Shown one piece after another: positions 1 to 8,906 of a stretch of 64,000 bases of DNA (the stretch's first letter is position 1; each line of letters opens with the position of its first letter). This stretch comes from a virus (taxonomy: Duplodnaviria > Caudoviricetes), in the IMG/VR virus record IMGVR_UViG_3300043177_000122, positions 1 to 64,000 of that record; one strand, written 5' to 3'. The notes beneath the pieces were generated by a model. The model did no database searches, had not been told where the DNA came from, and was given only the letters and a program-made list of their open reading frames with translations. The position numbers were made by a program, and so were the translations under genes.

Positions 1-54
1 ATTAAATTCGCGCATTCAACGGGGCCTAATCTTAGATGGCTAGACCTCGTCTAT

Positions 55-747
55 ATGAAAGTAAAACCTCCGATGACTGACTTTGTAAAAGATTCTCATT
101 GCTCTTACTGCGGTACTAAATTTACCGAACAAAAGGAGTGGCCCCGTAAATGTTTCCGTTGTTGGAATGAGTCTTATAAAAACCCAATCCCTATTGTAGT
201 TGCTATAGTTCGTGTATTTCAACGTGATACTAATACTCAATGTGGTTGGCTTATCCAACAGAGAAACATTCCGCCCGAGAAAGATGGGTGGGCATTCCCT
301 AGTGGTTATATTAATTTCGGAGAAACTTGGCAACAAGCAGCCGCTAGAGAACTTCAGGAAGAGGTTGGTTTGGTAAGCTCTCCTGATGACTATGAACTAT
401 ACGATGTGGTAGCGTCTAGCACAGGTAATATGTTAATTTTTTGTATTCATAGAGACGGTGTGTACCAGGATGAAGTGAAGTTTGAACCAAATGAAGAGGT
501 AAGTGCGGTTCAATCCATTCACTACTCAAATGCTGACTGTGAACGTGAGTTAACATTTACGATAATCAAAAACAGAAACTCTATGCCGGTTATCAAACAT
601 TATCATCACTGTCCAGTATGTTATGAACATTGGCAGTGTGATCATAATTGTACCATTGAGCCCGATTTAGAGGATAATGGCAAGTATCTTACCAAAGAGT
701 TCTGGGATGTCTATAATGGATTTGTAAGAGTAAGAAGGAAACAATGA
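55..747 (+). CDS. NUDIX hydrolase with N-terminal zinc ribbon
   Basis: Nudix box GYINFGETWQQAAARELQEEVGL; N-terminal CSYC...CFRC pair. Confidence 0.85.
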   Translation: MKVKPPMTDFVKDSHCSYCGTKFTEQKEWPRKCFRCWNESYKNPIPIVVAIVRVFQRDTNTQCGWLIQQRNIPPEKDGWAFPSGYINFGETWQQAAARELQEEVGLVSSPDDYELYDVVASSTGNMLIFCIHRDGVYQDEVKFEPNEEVSAVQSIHYSNADCERELTFTIIKNRNSMPVIKHYHHCPVCYEHWQCDHNCTIEPDLEDNGKYLTKEFWDVYNGFVRVRRKQ

Positions 748-1190
748 TTTGGTACGAAGCGTTAAAGAGGATGGGATATTTTCATATCATTGCCACGGGG
801 GCTGGTGCTGGTCTTCAGCAAAAGCTTTGGGAAATCCCTGGGTGCTCTTGGTATCTTTCTGGTTGTACGTTCCCTTATGATCAAGATGAACAAGCCGATC
901 TGTTAGGATTCATGCCAGAACACTTTTGTAGTGAGGACGCAGCTATTGATCTAGCTTCTGCTGCCTATGTACCGCACCTTGTCAAAGACTTCAAGGATAC
1001 CACAGCATTGGCTAGGGAAAGATTCTTTTTACGTCCTTTCTTTGCTGCCAATGGTAAGCGACTGGAAACAATGCCTTCTAAACATATGGCATTGATGCCT
1101 GGGGTTTGGGGTTACGCACAGAGCGTAATGTATCCAATTGATGGTCGATTTGATGTTTCCTCTACTGAATTGAGAAATAAAGTGGTATAA
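744..1190 (+). CDS. CinA/PncC-like N-terminus joined to a NadD-like C-terminal tail, probably internally deleted
   Basis: ATGAGAGLQQKLWEIPGCSWYL resembles the CinA C-domain; ends DVSSTELR as in HxGH nucleotidyltransferases; middle of the protein is missing. Confidence 0.45.
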   Translation: MIWYEALKRMGYFHIIATGAGAGLQQKLWEIPGCSWYLSGCTFPYDQDEQADLLGFMPEHFCSEDAAIDLASAAYVPHLVKDFKDTTALARERFFLRPFFAANGKRLETMPSKHMALMPGVWGYAQSVMYPIDGRFDVSSTELRNKVV

Positions 1191-1197
1191 GAATAAT

Positions 1198-1314
1198 GGA
1201 GCGGTGGCGGAATGGCGTACGCGGGTGGGATAGGGAAGTGCAATTCCCTTGAACACCTAGTCCAAACTGATGCACCAGTAGGACTTGCACGTTCAACTCG
1301 TGCCCGCTCCACCA
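1198..1314 (+). tRNA. Leu-type tRNA body with anticodon loop replaced by a 26-nt hairpin-containing insert
   Basis: GGAGCGG/CCGCTCC-A-CCA acceptor, Leu-type D arm, long variable arm, GCACG-TTCAACT-CGTGC T arm; stem GGGTG/CACCT encloses AGGGAA-GTGCAA-TTCCCT. Confidence 0.7.
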
Positions 1315-1326
1315 AAGGTAATTGAA

Positions 1327-1710
1327 ATGTATAGTGTGAACAGATTTACACATGAGCGCCACGGCTCCGTTGTCCATATCGAACGAACAGAGAATGGGAG
1401 GCTGACTACGCCATTTCAAGCAGTTAACGCAGCCATGAAAGAGCGGCGTTTATGGACGGAAGCTGGGACTAAAAAGGTTCGCATTCTAGTAGATAACAAG
1501 GTAATGGGACCAAAACAAGCTGAACATTGGGCTCATGAAGAGTATATTTCTCTACCTAAATGTGAAGGCTGTGCCAAGATTCTTAATGGAGATATTCATA
1601 CTCATCAATTATCTGGCACTAAATTCTTTTGTTCAACAGTTTGTGCTGACAAAGACTATACTGAAGAAGTAGAAAAACGGAAAGATGAAGAAGAAATTGA
1701 CTACCTCTAA
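1327..1710 (+). CDS. hypothetical protein with C-terminal zinc finger
   Basis: CEGC...FCSTVC; ATG at 1327 chosen inside ORF 1285..1710, downstream of the tRNA-like gene. Confidence 0.6.
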   Translation: MYSVNRFTHERHGSVVHIERTENGRLTTPFQAVNAAMKERRLWTEAGTKKVRILVDNKVMGPKQAEHWAHEEYISLPKCEGCAKILNGDIHTHQLSGTKFFCSTVCADKDYTEEVEKRKDEEEIDYL

Positions 1711-1999
1711 TATCCCTACCGTAGGAATGGGAGCTACTATTCATGTAGGATCAGATGCTTATCCAGCAACTGTTATTCAAGTTACTAGGAATGGTAAAAG
1801 GGTTGTAATTCAGGAGGATATTGCCACTCGTATTGATAATAATGGTATGTCTGAATCTCAGGATTATACATATGAACCTAATCCTGAGGGAGAGATTCAT
1901 ATCGTTATTTTGTGTAAAGATGGGCGGTACCGTGAAAGCGGTACTACTACCCCAGTTTCTATTGGTTTTCGTCGAAAATACTACGACTATTCGTTCTAA
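1685..1999 (+). CDS. hypothetical phage protein
   Basis: ORF packed against its neighbours. Confidence 0.6.
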   Translation: MKKKLTTSNIPTVGMGATIHVGSDAYPATVIQVTRNGKRVVIQEDIATRIDNNGMSESQDYTYEPNPEGEIHIVILCKDGRYRESGTTTPVSIGFRRKYYDYSF

Positions 2000-2021
2000 A
2001 TATAGAGGTTAGGATATATAA

Positions 2022-2270
2022 ATGATTGTGTATAAGAACTACCAAGTCTTCAATCTTTTGGGTGAGGAACTAAACATCATCTCAGATGAGACAGTATATG
2101 GTAGGAACACAGTTGTAGAGATTAATAATATCTACCATCATATGGGTGATGAGTTTCCTGGTGTTGCCGCAGCAATCTATGCTTGGCAAGAAGTTAATGG
2201 TCGCGACCTAACGAACGAGGAACTGCATCTTATTTTGGAAGATAATAAATTACTCTCTAAAGCTATCTAA
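2022..2270 (+). CDS. hypothetical protein
   Basis: ORF preceded by GGATATATAA. Confidence 0.6.
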   Translation: MIVYKNYQVFNLLGEELNIISDETVYGRNTVVEINNIYHHMGDEFPGVAAAIYAWQEVNGRDLTNEELHLILEDNKLLSKAI

Positions 2271-2287
2271 ACGTTTAGGAGAATAAG

Positions 2288-2515
2288 ATGCCAGCTAAGA
2301 AAGCAACAGCAAAGAAGGCCGTAAAGAAGCCAACCAAGAAACCAGTCAAGAAGGCCGCCGCTAAAAAACCAGCAAAGGCCACAAAGAAACCAACCAAGAA
2401 GGTAACTACGCGCAAACCAAAGAAGGTTGCCGAACCAGATGTAGTAGTTACTCCAGTCGTGGATCCGTCAGGTGTTGTGACTGTGGCACCAGTGGCCGGG
2501 GACATGCTGAATTAA
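2288..2515 (+). CDS. histone H1-like Lys/Ala-rich basic protein
   Basis: MPAKKATAKKAVKKPTKKPVKKAAAKKPAK repeats; preceded by AGGAG. Confidence 0.7.
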   Translation: MPAKKATAKKAVKKPTKKPVKKAAAKKPAKATKKPTKKVTTRKPKKVAEPDVVVTPVVDPSGVVTVAPVAGDMLN

Positions 2516-2537
2516 TTCGGAAACAAATAAATAATGT

Positions 2538-2570
2538 AATGCCTGGGTGAAAATCGCTCAGGCATTTTCT
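2538..2570 (+). terminator. probable intrinsic terminator
   Basis: AATGCCTGGGTG-AAAA-TCGCTCAGGCATT followed by a T-rich run. Confidence 0.6.
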
Positions 2571-2571
2571 T

Positions 2572-3207
2572 TTGGAAAATATTATGTTTGTACTATCTTT
2601 GTGCAGGCATTTATGCCCGGATAAGATTCCCTATCCTCCTGATATTCGTTTAGGTGAGGGGGCCGATGGAGAAGTATTTTCCATAATTAATGATAATACT
2701 AAAGTAATCAAGCTTGGTATTAAGTATGAATATGGGGATGAAGATCTCGATAAAGAATATAGACGAATTAGTCAAGGGCTAGAATACTTTATTAATGTAC
2801 AGCCGCGTGTGTATGCGCGTGTGTATGAACAAGGGTATCTTGGCACTTTCTCTAGAGAGATTAGTTCTTTTCGTGGTGGTAAACAGAAGTTTATTATCTA
2901 CTATTACACGATGGAAAAGTTAGAAAAAATTACGGAGGATGAGAAGAAAGTATTTCATAGTATTCTTTCACACGAAGATCGCGGAATTGAAAAGAAATTT
3001 TCTCCAGATAAAGTTCGCGAAATGTTGCAAGGTATGGGACGAGGGCTTGACTTTGATGTAGAAAAGGTTACGTTTTTCTACGAAAATATTAAGTCAGCTT
3101 CCGTTTCGCATCTCGACATACACGCCAGAAACATTATGAAAAATGGTTCAGGCGATTTCAAGCTGATCGATTTAGATCGTATTAAACTGGAGAATAATAA
3201 TGACTAA
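2572..3207 (+). CDS. protein kinase-like protein
   Basis: LGEGADGEVF glycine loop, VIK lysine, HLDIHARNIM catalytic loop, KLIDL. Confidence 0.7.
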   Translation: MENIMFVLSLCRHLCPDKIPYPPDIRLGEGADGEVFSIINDNTKVIKLGIKYEYGDEDLDKEYRRISQGLEYFINVQPRVYARVYEQGYLGTFSREISSFRGGKQKFIIYYYTMEKLEKITEDEKKVFHSILSHEDRGIEKKFSPDKVREMLQGMGRGLDFDVEKVTFFYENIKSASVSHLDIHARNIMKNGSGDFKLIDLDRIKLENNND

Positions 3208-3487
3208 GAATAAAGTTGATTTAACCATTCTGAAAAGACTGGTTGCAGAGTTAGAGTCAACATTGAATACCGCTGAAGGTATTCAGACTGACGTGGCACC
3301 TGACAAAGCAGAGTATTCTGTAGAAGTAAATAAAGCTACCGGGCTTGCTGCCGGTGTTATGATGGAATCTGCCTTGTTAATGGGCGAGATTCAAGCTTTA
3401 CTTCAAGGTCTTAGTGCGCCCTCCTCCAAATTAGATTTTCTAGAAAAGATTCTTGGCGGATTCAAGGGACCGGGCAATTCTAATTAA
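3200..3487 (+). CDS. hypothetical protein
   Basis: ORF overlapping the upstream stop. Confidence 0.6.
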   Translation: MTKNKVDLTILKRLVAELESTLNTAEGIQTDVAPDKAEYSVEVNKATGLAAGVMMESALLMGEIQALLQGLSAPSSKLDFLEKILGGFKGPGNSN

Positions 3488-3572
3488 AAGAATTAGATCG
3501 CCCTTGCCACGCCAAAATTCGTGATTAATTTATAAAAGATTACCTCTAAGAGGAAAATTAGGAGATTGAAAC

Positions 3573-3866
3573 ATGTCTAATACTGTTCGTAATGAAGTGA
3601 GTCGTTTTGCTCAGCAAATTGAAAACCTTGCTCGTCAACTTCAAGATAAGTTGGCTGCTGGGTCGAGTTATAACGATCTGATCAGCACCGCCAACGAGTT
3701 AATTCGTAACGCTAGTACGTTCACCTTCACTTTTGGTGAGATGGCAGCCATTGAAGAAACTACCAAGAAGGTGGTAAAGACCACTGTGGTAAGCAACCCA
3801 AACAATACCAAGCCCCGCAATTACCATAACGTCCGAGACTCCTTAGGACGTTTCCGTAGAGTGTAA
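3573..3866 (+). CDS. hypothetical protein
   Basis: AGGAG RBS upstream. Confidence 0.65.
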   Translation: MSNTVRNEVSRFAQQIENLARQLQDKLAAGSSYNDLISTANELIRNASTFTFTFGEMAAIEETTKKVVKTTVVSNPNNTKPRNYHNVRDSLGRFRRV

Positions 3867-4111
3867 TGCAAGACGACAAATTATCTAAAGCATTAGCTGT
3901 AATTCCGGTCATCATTATGATGACTCTTATTGACGTTCTTATTGCCTCGACAGTATCCATCTCGCTATTTTTACATCTTGTATTAGTGGTTGGATTATCA
4001 AGAGGTATTTCTTTGGGGATGGCTATCCTGATGGCCATAGCTGTATTAGCGTATATTCGCTTCCAGCCAAACATGAGGAAATACATAGACACGAGGAGTC
4101 CTAAAATATGA
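3866..4111 (+). CDS. small membrane protein
   Basis: long hydrophobic stretches; TAATG coupling to the upstream gene. Confidence 0.55.
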   Translation: MQDDKLSKALAVIPVIIMMTLIDVLIASTVSISLFLHLVLVVGLSRGISLGMAILMAIAVLAYIRFQPNMRKYIDTRSPKI

Positions 4112-4542
4112 GTGTACCATTACATATTCAATCTTACTTAGATAGTAAAGTCTCCATGTTCCAGATTGTAGACGAAGTTCTTGATGCCTGGAGCGGAGAA
4201 GGTTGCCTTCAGTTTCCCACTTTGATTGGGCAAGTGAATGCTAAAATGAATTGGATCGGCAAGGAAGGCGAGAAGCTTTCCCGAGCTAATGAGCCAATCA
4301 TTCGAGACTACGTTCGTAACCATCCTAACTGGCATGTTACCCGTGGCGCTCATGGCGGAATTATGAGGGCATCAGAAAAGCAGAAAAAGGAAGAAGCAAA
4401 AGCAGCCAAGGACAAAGCCAAGGCTGAATTAGCTGCTGCCATTGAAGCAGAAGTGGTCCGTAAGAAGGCTGAGGCTGCTGTCACTCAAACGATTGCAGAA
4501 CATGCTATCGTTACAGACATCACCAATAGTGATTCCGAATGA
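4108..4542 (+). CDS. putative winged-helix-like protein, paralog of 38272..38604
   Basis: VTRGAHGGI motif shared with VTRGKNGGI; resembles an Rrf2-type wing. Confidence 0.45.
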   Translation: MSVPLHIQSYLDSKVSMFQIVDEVLDAWSGEGCLQFPTLIGQVNAKMNWIGKEGEKLSRANEPIIRDYVRNHPNWHVTRGAHGGIMRASEKQKKEEAKAAKDKAKAELAAAIEAEVVRKKAEAAVTQTIAEHAIVTDITNSDSE

Positions 4543-4599
4543 CTCGGACAAAAGGTAGGTAGGGTAAAACTTGCTTACCTTTCTACATTTGAGGGATTA

Positions 4600-4794
4600 G
4601 TGGCCACAGACTTATCGCGAGAAGTTCGGGAAGCCTGGAAAGAATTCAAAAAATTCTTTACAGTTAAGAATATTATAGTTACAATAATTGTGCTATTAGC
4701 ACTTGCAATAGTATGCGGCCCGACAGTATCAGAGTCTCATGATGATTGTGGCGAAAACAGTTGTCCTATGAGGCTACATGATAATCTCCGTTGA
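4600..4794 (+). CDS. small membrane protein
   Basis: single hydrophobic helix. Confidence 0.45.
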   Translation: MATDLSREVREAWKEFKKFFTVKNIIVTIIVLLALAIVCGPTVSESHDDCGENSCPMRLHDNLR

Positions 4795-5065
4795 TTATGA
4801 TAATACTTATAGTGCATCTCCATTACTTTGGGATGCATTTATAACTATGGCACTTGAAGCGGGTCATACAGTAATCTGCACGACAGCTCGTCCAGAAATT
4901 ATGGGCCAGGTAGTTCTTGATTCTATAGGTAAGTTGGTCCTGGTTATTTTCGCTGGCGGCGAATGGAAGCGAGAAGTTGCCTTAAAACGTGGGTATAAAG
5001 TTGATGTTTGGATTGACGATATGCCAGAGTACGTTGGACCACAAACAATTATAGGCCATCGATAA
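4778..5065 (+). CDS. small HAD-superfamily protein
   Basis: VDYDNT motif I, CTTAR motif II, WIDD motif IV. Confidence 0.7.
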   Translation: MIISVDYDNTYSASPLLWDAFITMALEAGHTVICTTARPEIMGQVVLDSIGKLVLVIFAGGEWKREVALKRGYKVDVWIDDMPEYVGPQTIIGHR

Positions 5066-5967
5066 TGGATAAAGTACTACTTATTGATGCACATAATGCT
5101 ATGTGGCGTGCTAGCATTGGTTTTGGGCCAAAAAAAGAACCAACACCTTCTTCTAGGGGAGATGATGGTTGGAAAATGCGTGGGGAACCTATTCCATCAC
5201 CAGATCTAGAAAGGGGAAAACGAAGTGAAGAGTTCGTATTAATTTTTAATTTCTTTCGCAACCTTCGCCCAATCATTGAACTCTTTTCTCCAGATAAATG
5301 CTTCTTTGTCTTAGAAGGTCATCCTCAATTCAGATATGATTTGTTTGCTGATTATAAAGCAAATCGTATCATTAAGCAAGCCTCTTTTAAAGAGAAGCTA
5401 GATTCATTCTTAAAAAACAAGGATGAAATTGTTAGGATTTTGCAGCATTTTCCTATTACTGTTGCCCGTGCTCCTAACTATGAAGCAGATGATTTAATTG
5501 CAACTCTTTGCGATGATATGCGCGATGAAGAACTAACTATTCTCAGCAATGATTCAGATTATATTCAGCTTCTACAACGAGGGTATCCTAATTGTCGAAT
5601 CTATAATCCAATCAAAAAAGTTTTTATGGAAGCCCCTCCATATCCTTATGTTGCTTGGAAGTGTTTAAATGGTGATAAATCTGATAATATCCCCGCCCTT
5701 CTTAAACCAAAGAAAGCTTTAGATACCGTTAACAATCCAGAACTATTTAAAAAGTTTATGGAAGTTGAAGAGAATCGCGCCAATTTTAATATCAATCGTC
5801 AGCTAATTGAATTTCGTTCAGTTCCTATGGAAGAAATTGTTCTTCATGAGGGCATCCGAAATTTTGATATAGTAAAGCAAGAATTCGCTAGAATGGATTT
5901 TCAGTCCATTATCAACGATAAATCCTGGGAAAAATATACAAAAACATTTGATTGTTTGAGGTACTAA
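5065..5967 (+). CDS. 5'-3' exonuclease / T4 RNase H-like FEN nuclease
   Basis: LLIDAHN, YKANR, EADDLIATL, SNDSDYIQL, GDKSDNIP motifs. Confidence 0.9.
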   Translation: MDKVLLIDAHNAMWRASIGFGPKKEPTPSSRGDDGWKMRGEPIPSPDLERGKRSEEFVLIFNFFRNLRPIIELFSPDKCFFVLEGHPQFRYDLFADYKANRIIKQASFKEKLDSFLKNKDEIVRILQHFPITVARAPNYEADDLIATLCDDMRDEELTILSNDSDYIQLLQRGYPNCRIYNPIKKVFMEAPPYPYVAWKCLNGDKSDNIPALLKPKKALDTVNNPELFKKFMEVEENRANFNINRQLIEFRSVPMEEIVLHEGIRNFDIVKQEFARMDFQSIINDKSWEKYTKTFDCLRY

Positions 5968-6015
5968 AATGGGTCATAAAGCATTAAAGTCAGACATGAC
6001 TTACGCTCTAAAAAA

Positions 6016-6762
6016 ATGACCAAGGAAGGTAAGACTATTACCTTCGAGTCCTTTGCAAACAATCTAGAGTTGGTTGATGGTGCTCTTGTTTTATCTGGTG
6101 ATAAGGTAGATGTATTGGAAGCATTTGTCTTAGTTAAAGGCTTCCAATGTTCAAAAGAACAGGCAGCCTATAGTGTTTCTCTTACCGATATGATTTCGGA
6201 ACAAGGCCAGATTGCTAAGACTGATTTCTATGATTTCTTAGATGGTTTAGAGAATGTAGCGGGCAGCGACAAATCTGAGTTCTATAAGGTTGGAGTTTAT
6301 ATTCGTGAGAAGTTTACTCCAGTTGGAACTAGATCTGAAACTTTACAGAAAGTCAAATACCAAGACGCTGTTAAAGTGGAAACAGTTCGTAGGTTTGTTG
6401 TTTACAACCGACCAGCTCCAGGATGTAAAAAGACTGGCGCACCTACCATTGTTGAAGTGGAATACGAAGTATTCATTCCGCTTCTTGCTAAGGATGGAGA
6501 GTTTGCCGCTCGCATTCTAAAACCAGAATGGCTATGGGAACCTACCCGTGTTCTTCAGGATGGAGTTTTGGTAGACGTGGTGATGCCTCAAGTTTATGCA
6601 AGTCATGCAGTGTATGAAACACTAGAGCTTGCAGAAGTTGCAGCATTCAGACAAATTCGTGGCGGTCTTGATTTTGAAGTTCGCAAGGGAAAGATTCCTT
6701 CCTACACTGAAGAAGACTTCAAAACAAGATGCGATCTTATTCAAAGGATTTGTCTATCATGA
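6016..6762 (+). CDS. hypothetical protein
   Basis: 248-aa ORF in operon-like packing. Confidence 0.65.
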   Translation: MTKEGKTITFESFANNLELVDGALVLSGDKVDVLEAFVLVKGFQCSKEQAAYSVSLTDMISEQGQIAKTDFYDFLDGLENVAGSDKSEFYKVGVYIREKFTPVGTRSETLQKVKYQDAVKVETVRRFVVYNRPAPGCKKTGAPTIVEVEYEVFIPLLAKDGEFAARILKPEWLWEPTRVLQDGVLVDVVMPQVYASHAVYETLELAEVAAFRQIRGGLDFEVRKGKIPSYTEEDFKTRCDLIQRICLS

Positions 6763-7353
6763 TGGAACAAACTCTTTTAGATAAAGGCGGCATCATAGAT
6801 TATGATACTGCTTTTCTTCCTAAAGAGGAAGCAGATAAGCTGCTGACTTTTCTTAAGGAGAGTGTTTCATGGGAACAGAAGTTCTATACTGATCGTAAGA
6901 CGGGAAAGCAATATGCTCAACCCCGTCTTACGGCTTGGTATGCTGACGATCCTGGTATGAAATATTCATATTCAGGAGTTACGCAAAAGGTACAGCCTTG
7001 GCTACCTGAGCTGCTTGAACTGAAGAAAAAGATTGAGGCGGTCTCGGGTGCCACCTATAATAGTGTGCTGCTTAATTTCTACAGAGACGGCAGGGATTCT
7101 GTTGGATTGCATGCCGACGATGAACCAGAGTGGTAAAGACTCAAACATTGCTTTGTTGTCATTGGGTGCCACCCGCTCCTTCATTTTGAAAAGGAATGGT
7201 TCCGATTCATTATCGCTTGAATATAAATTGAGCCATGGCAGTTTATTGGTCATGAGTGGCACTACCCAATCTTATTGGAAGCATACGGTCCCTAAGGAAT
7301 ATAATATCAAAGAAGGTCGAATTAATTTAACCTTCAGAACTATCTACGTATAA
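6759..7353 (+). pseudogene. alkB: AlkB-family 2OG-Fe(II) dioxygenase split by a frameshift near 7130
   Basis: QPRLTAWY, NSVLLNFYRDG, HADDE in ORF 6729..7136; LSLGATRSF, H ligand in WKHTVPK and RINLTFR in ORF 7033..7353. Confidence 0.85.
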
Positions 7354-7362
7354 GATACTATT

Positions 7363-7953
7363 ATGAGAATCTTTATTATTGGTTTACCTAAGAGTGGTCG
7401 AACGACCGTATCCAAAGCCGTAGCTGAAGCTGGCGGTTTTGGATACATTGACGCAATGTCATGGATTCGATCTACCTTTCGTCCTCGTAAAGAGGGAGAG
7501 CATTCTCAGCAATATGAAGATGAATATCAACAATATCTTACTAAAAGAATGATGGTTAATCCAAACTTCATTAGTGATCATGTTCAAGAGATGATGAAGG
7601 TTGGTGGACATGATAACTTTGTTATTGATGGGATTGTTTCTCCTAAAGATTTCATGACCCTATTCAATTATCAACAAGATATTGTTGTGTTTTTGAATAG
7701 AACTGATGAAGATCCTGAAGGTAAAGATTACGAAAAGATTGGTGTGTCAGTTGCCCGCGACTATTGTTATTGGATGTCTGCTGCAAATCTTTTAACTAAA
7801 GATAGGTGGTTGGAGTATAACTTCAAGATACCTGGAGAAGATTCTGCTTTTGTTAAAGCAATGGGTACACATAATAGTGTATTCATTGTTCGATCAATCA
7901 ACAAAGTAATATCACACCTTTCAAATAAACTAAAAGAGGTTGCTCAAAAATGA
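7363..7953 (+). CDS. P-loop NMP-kinase-like protein
   Basis: GLPKSGRTT Walker-A-like motif at the N-terminus. Confidence 0.6.
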   Translation: MRIFIIGLPKSGRTTVSKAVAEAGGFGYIDAMSWIRSTFRPRKEGEHSQQYEDEYQQYLTKRMMVNPNFISDHVQEMMKVGGHDNFVIDGIVSPKDFMTLFNYQQDIVVFLNRTDEDPEGKDYEKIGVSVARDYCYWMSAANLLTKDRWLEYNFKIPGEDSAFVKAMGTHNSVFIVRSINKVISHLSNKLKEVAQK

Positions 7954-8906
7954 GCATTACTTTCATTGATTTGTTTGCTGGTATTGGAGGATTTAGGGTA
8001 GCGCTTGAGAAATCAGGGGCAACTTGCGTATTCTCTTCCGAGATAGATAAGTATGCTTTACAAGTCTATAAAGCAAATTTCAATGAAGATGCTAGTGGAG
8101 ATATCACTCGTATCAAAGAATGGGATATACCGGCGCATGATGTATTGTGCGCCGGATTTCCTTGCCAAGCTTTTTCTGACTTTGGTAACCGAAAAGGCTT
8201 TAAAGATCCTAGAGGAGCTCTCTTTTTTGAGATCGTTAGGATTTCCAAACATCATAAACCAAAAGTTCTTTTGCTTGAAAACGTGTTAGGTTTGACTTGG
8301 CATGATGAAGGTAACACGTTCAAAACTATCATTAATAGTCTAGAAGAAATTGGTTACAAAGTCCAATGGCAGATTATGGATGCTACTATGTTTGGATTGC
8401 CTCAGATGAGGAAAAGAATATTCATCGTAGGTATTAGGGACGATATCAAAGCATCGTTCCAGTTCCCAGAAGGAACACCCACCGCAAAAAAAATGAAAGA
8501 CATTATCGAAAGTAATGTCGATGCCAACCATTTTATTGCTGAAGAGCGTTATGAGCGCGTGCTTAAGCAGAAGGCTAATGGTAAGTGTCAATATAGTCAC
8601 TTCGTTATTGGGCCTGATGACTATGCGCACACTCTATTAACTTCTAAGTATGAACATAACTTGGTGGTGGATCCATCGACTCCGACTGGTAAGTTTCATA
8701 ACGTCAAAGCAAAAACGGCGAAAGCTGCTCGAATTAATAAGCAGCATGTTCGCCGTTTGACGCCAAAAGAATATGGAAGACTTCAAGGATTTCCTGATTC
8801 TTTTAAGATGCCGGTATCTAACAAACAAGCTTACCGTTTATATGGCAATGCTGTTGCGGTACCTGTTGTATCAGCTATCTTTGAAGAAATCAAGAAGATA
8901 TTATGA
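7950..8906 (+). CDS. dcm: DNA (cytosine-5) methyltransferase
   Basis: DLFAGIGG, GFPCQ, ENV, QMRKRIFIV, GNAV motifs. Confidence 0.95.
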   Translation: MSITFIDLFAGIGGFRVALEKSGATCVFSSEIDKYALQVYKANFNEDASGDITRIKEWDIPAHDVLCAGFPCQAFSDFGNRKGFKDPRGALFFEIVRISKHHKPKVLLLENVLGLTWHDEGNTFKTIINSLEEIGYKVQWQIMDATMFGLPQMRKRIFIVGIRDDIKASFQFPEGTPTAKKMKDIIESNVDANHFIAEERYERVLKQKANGKCQYSHFVIGPDDYAHTLLTSKYEHNLVVDPSTPTGKFHNVKAKTAKAARINKQHVRRLTPKEYGRLQGFPDSFKMPVSNKQAYRLYGNAVAVPVVSAIFEEIKKIL

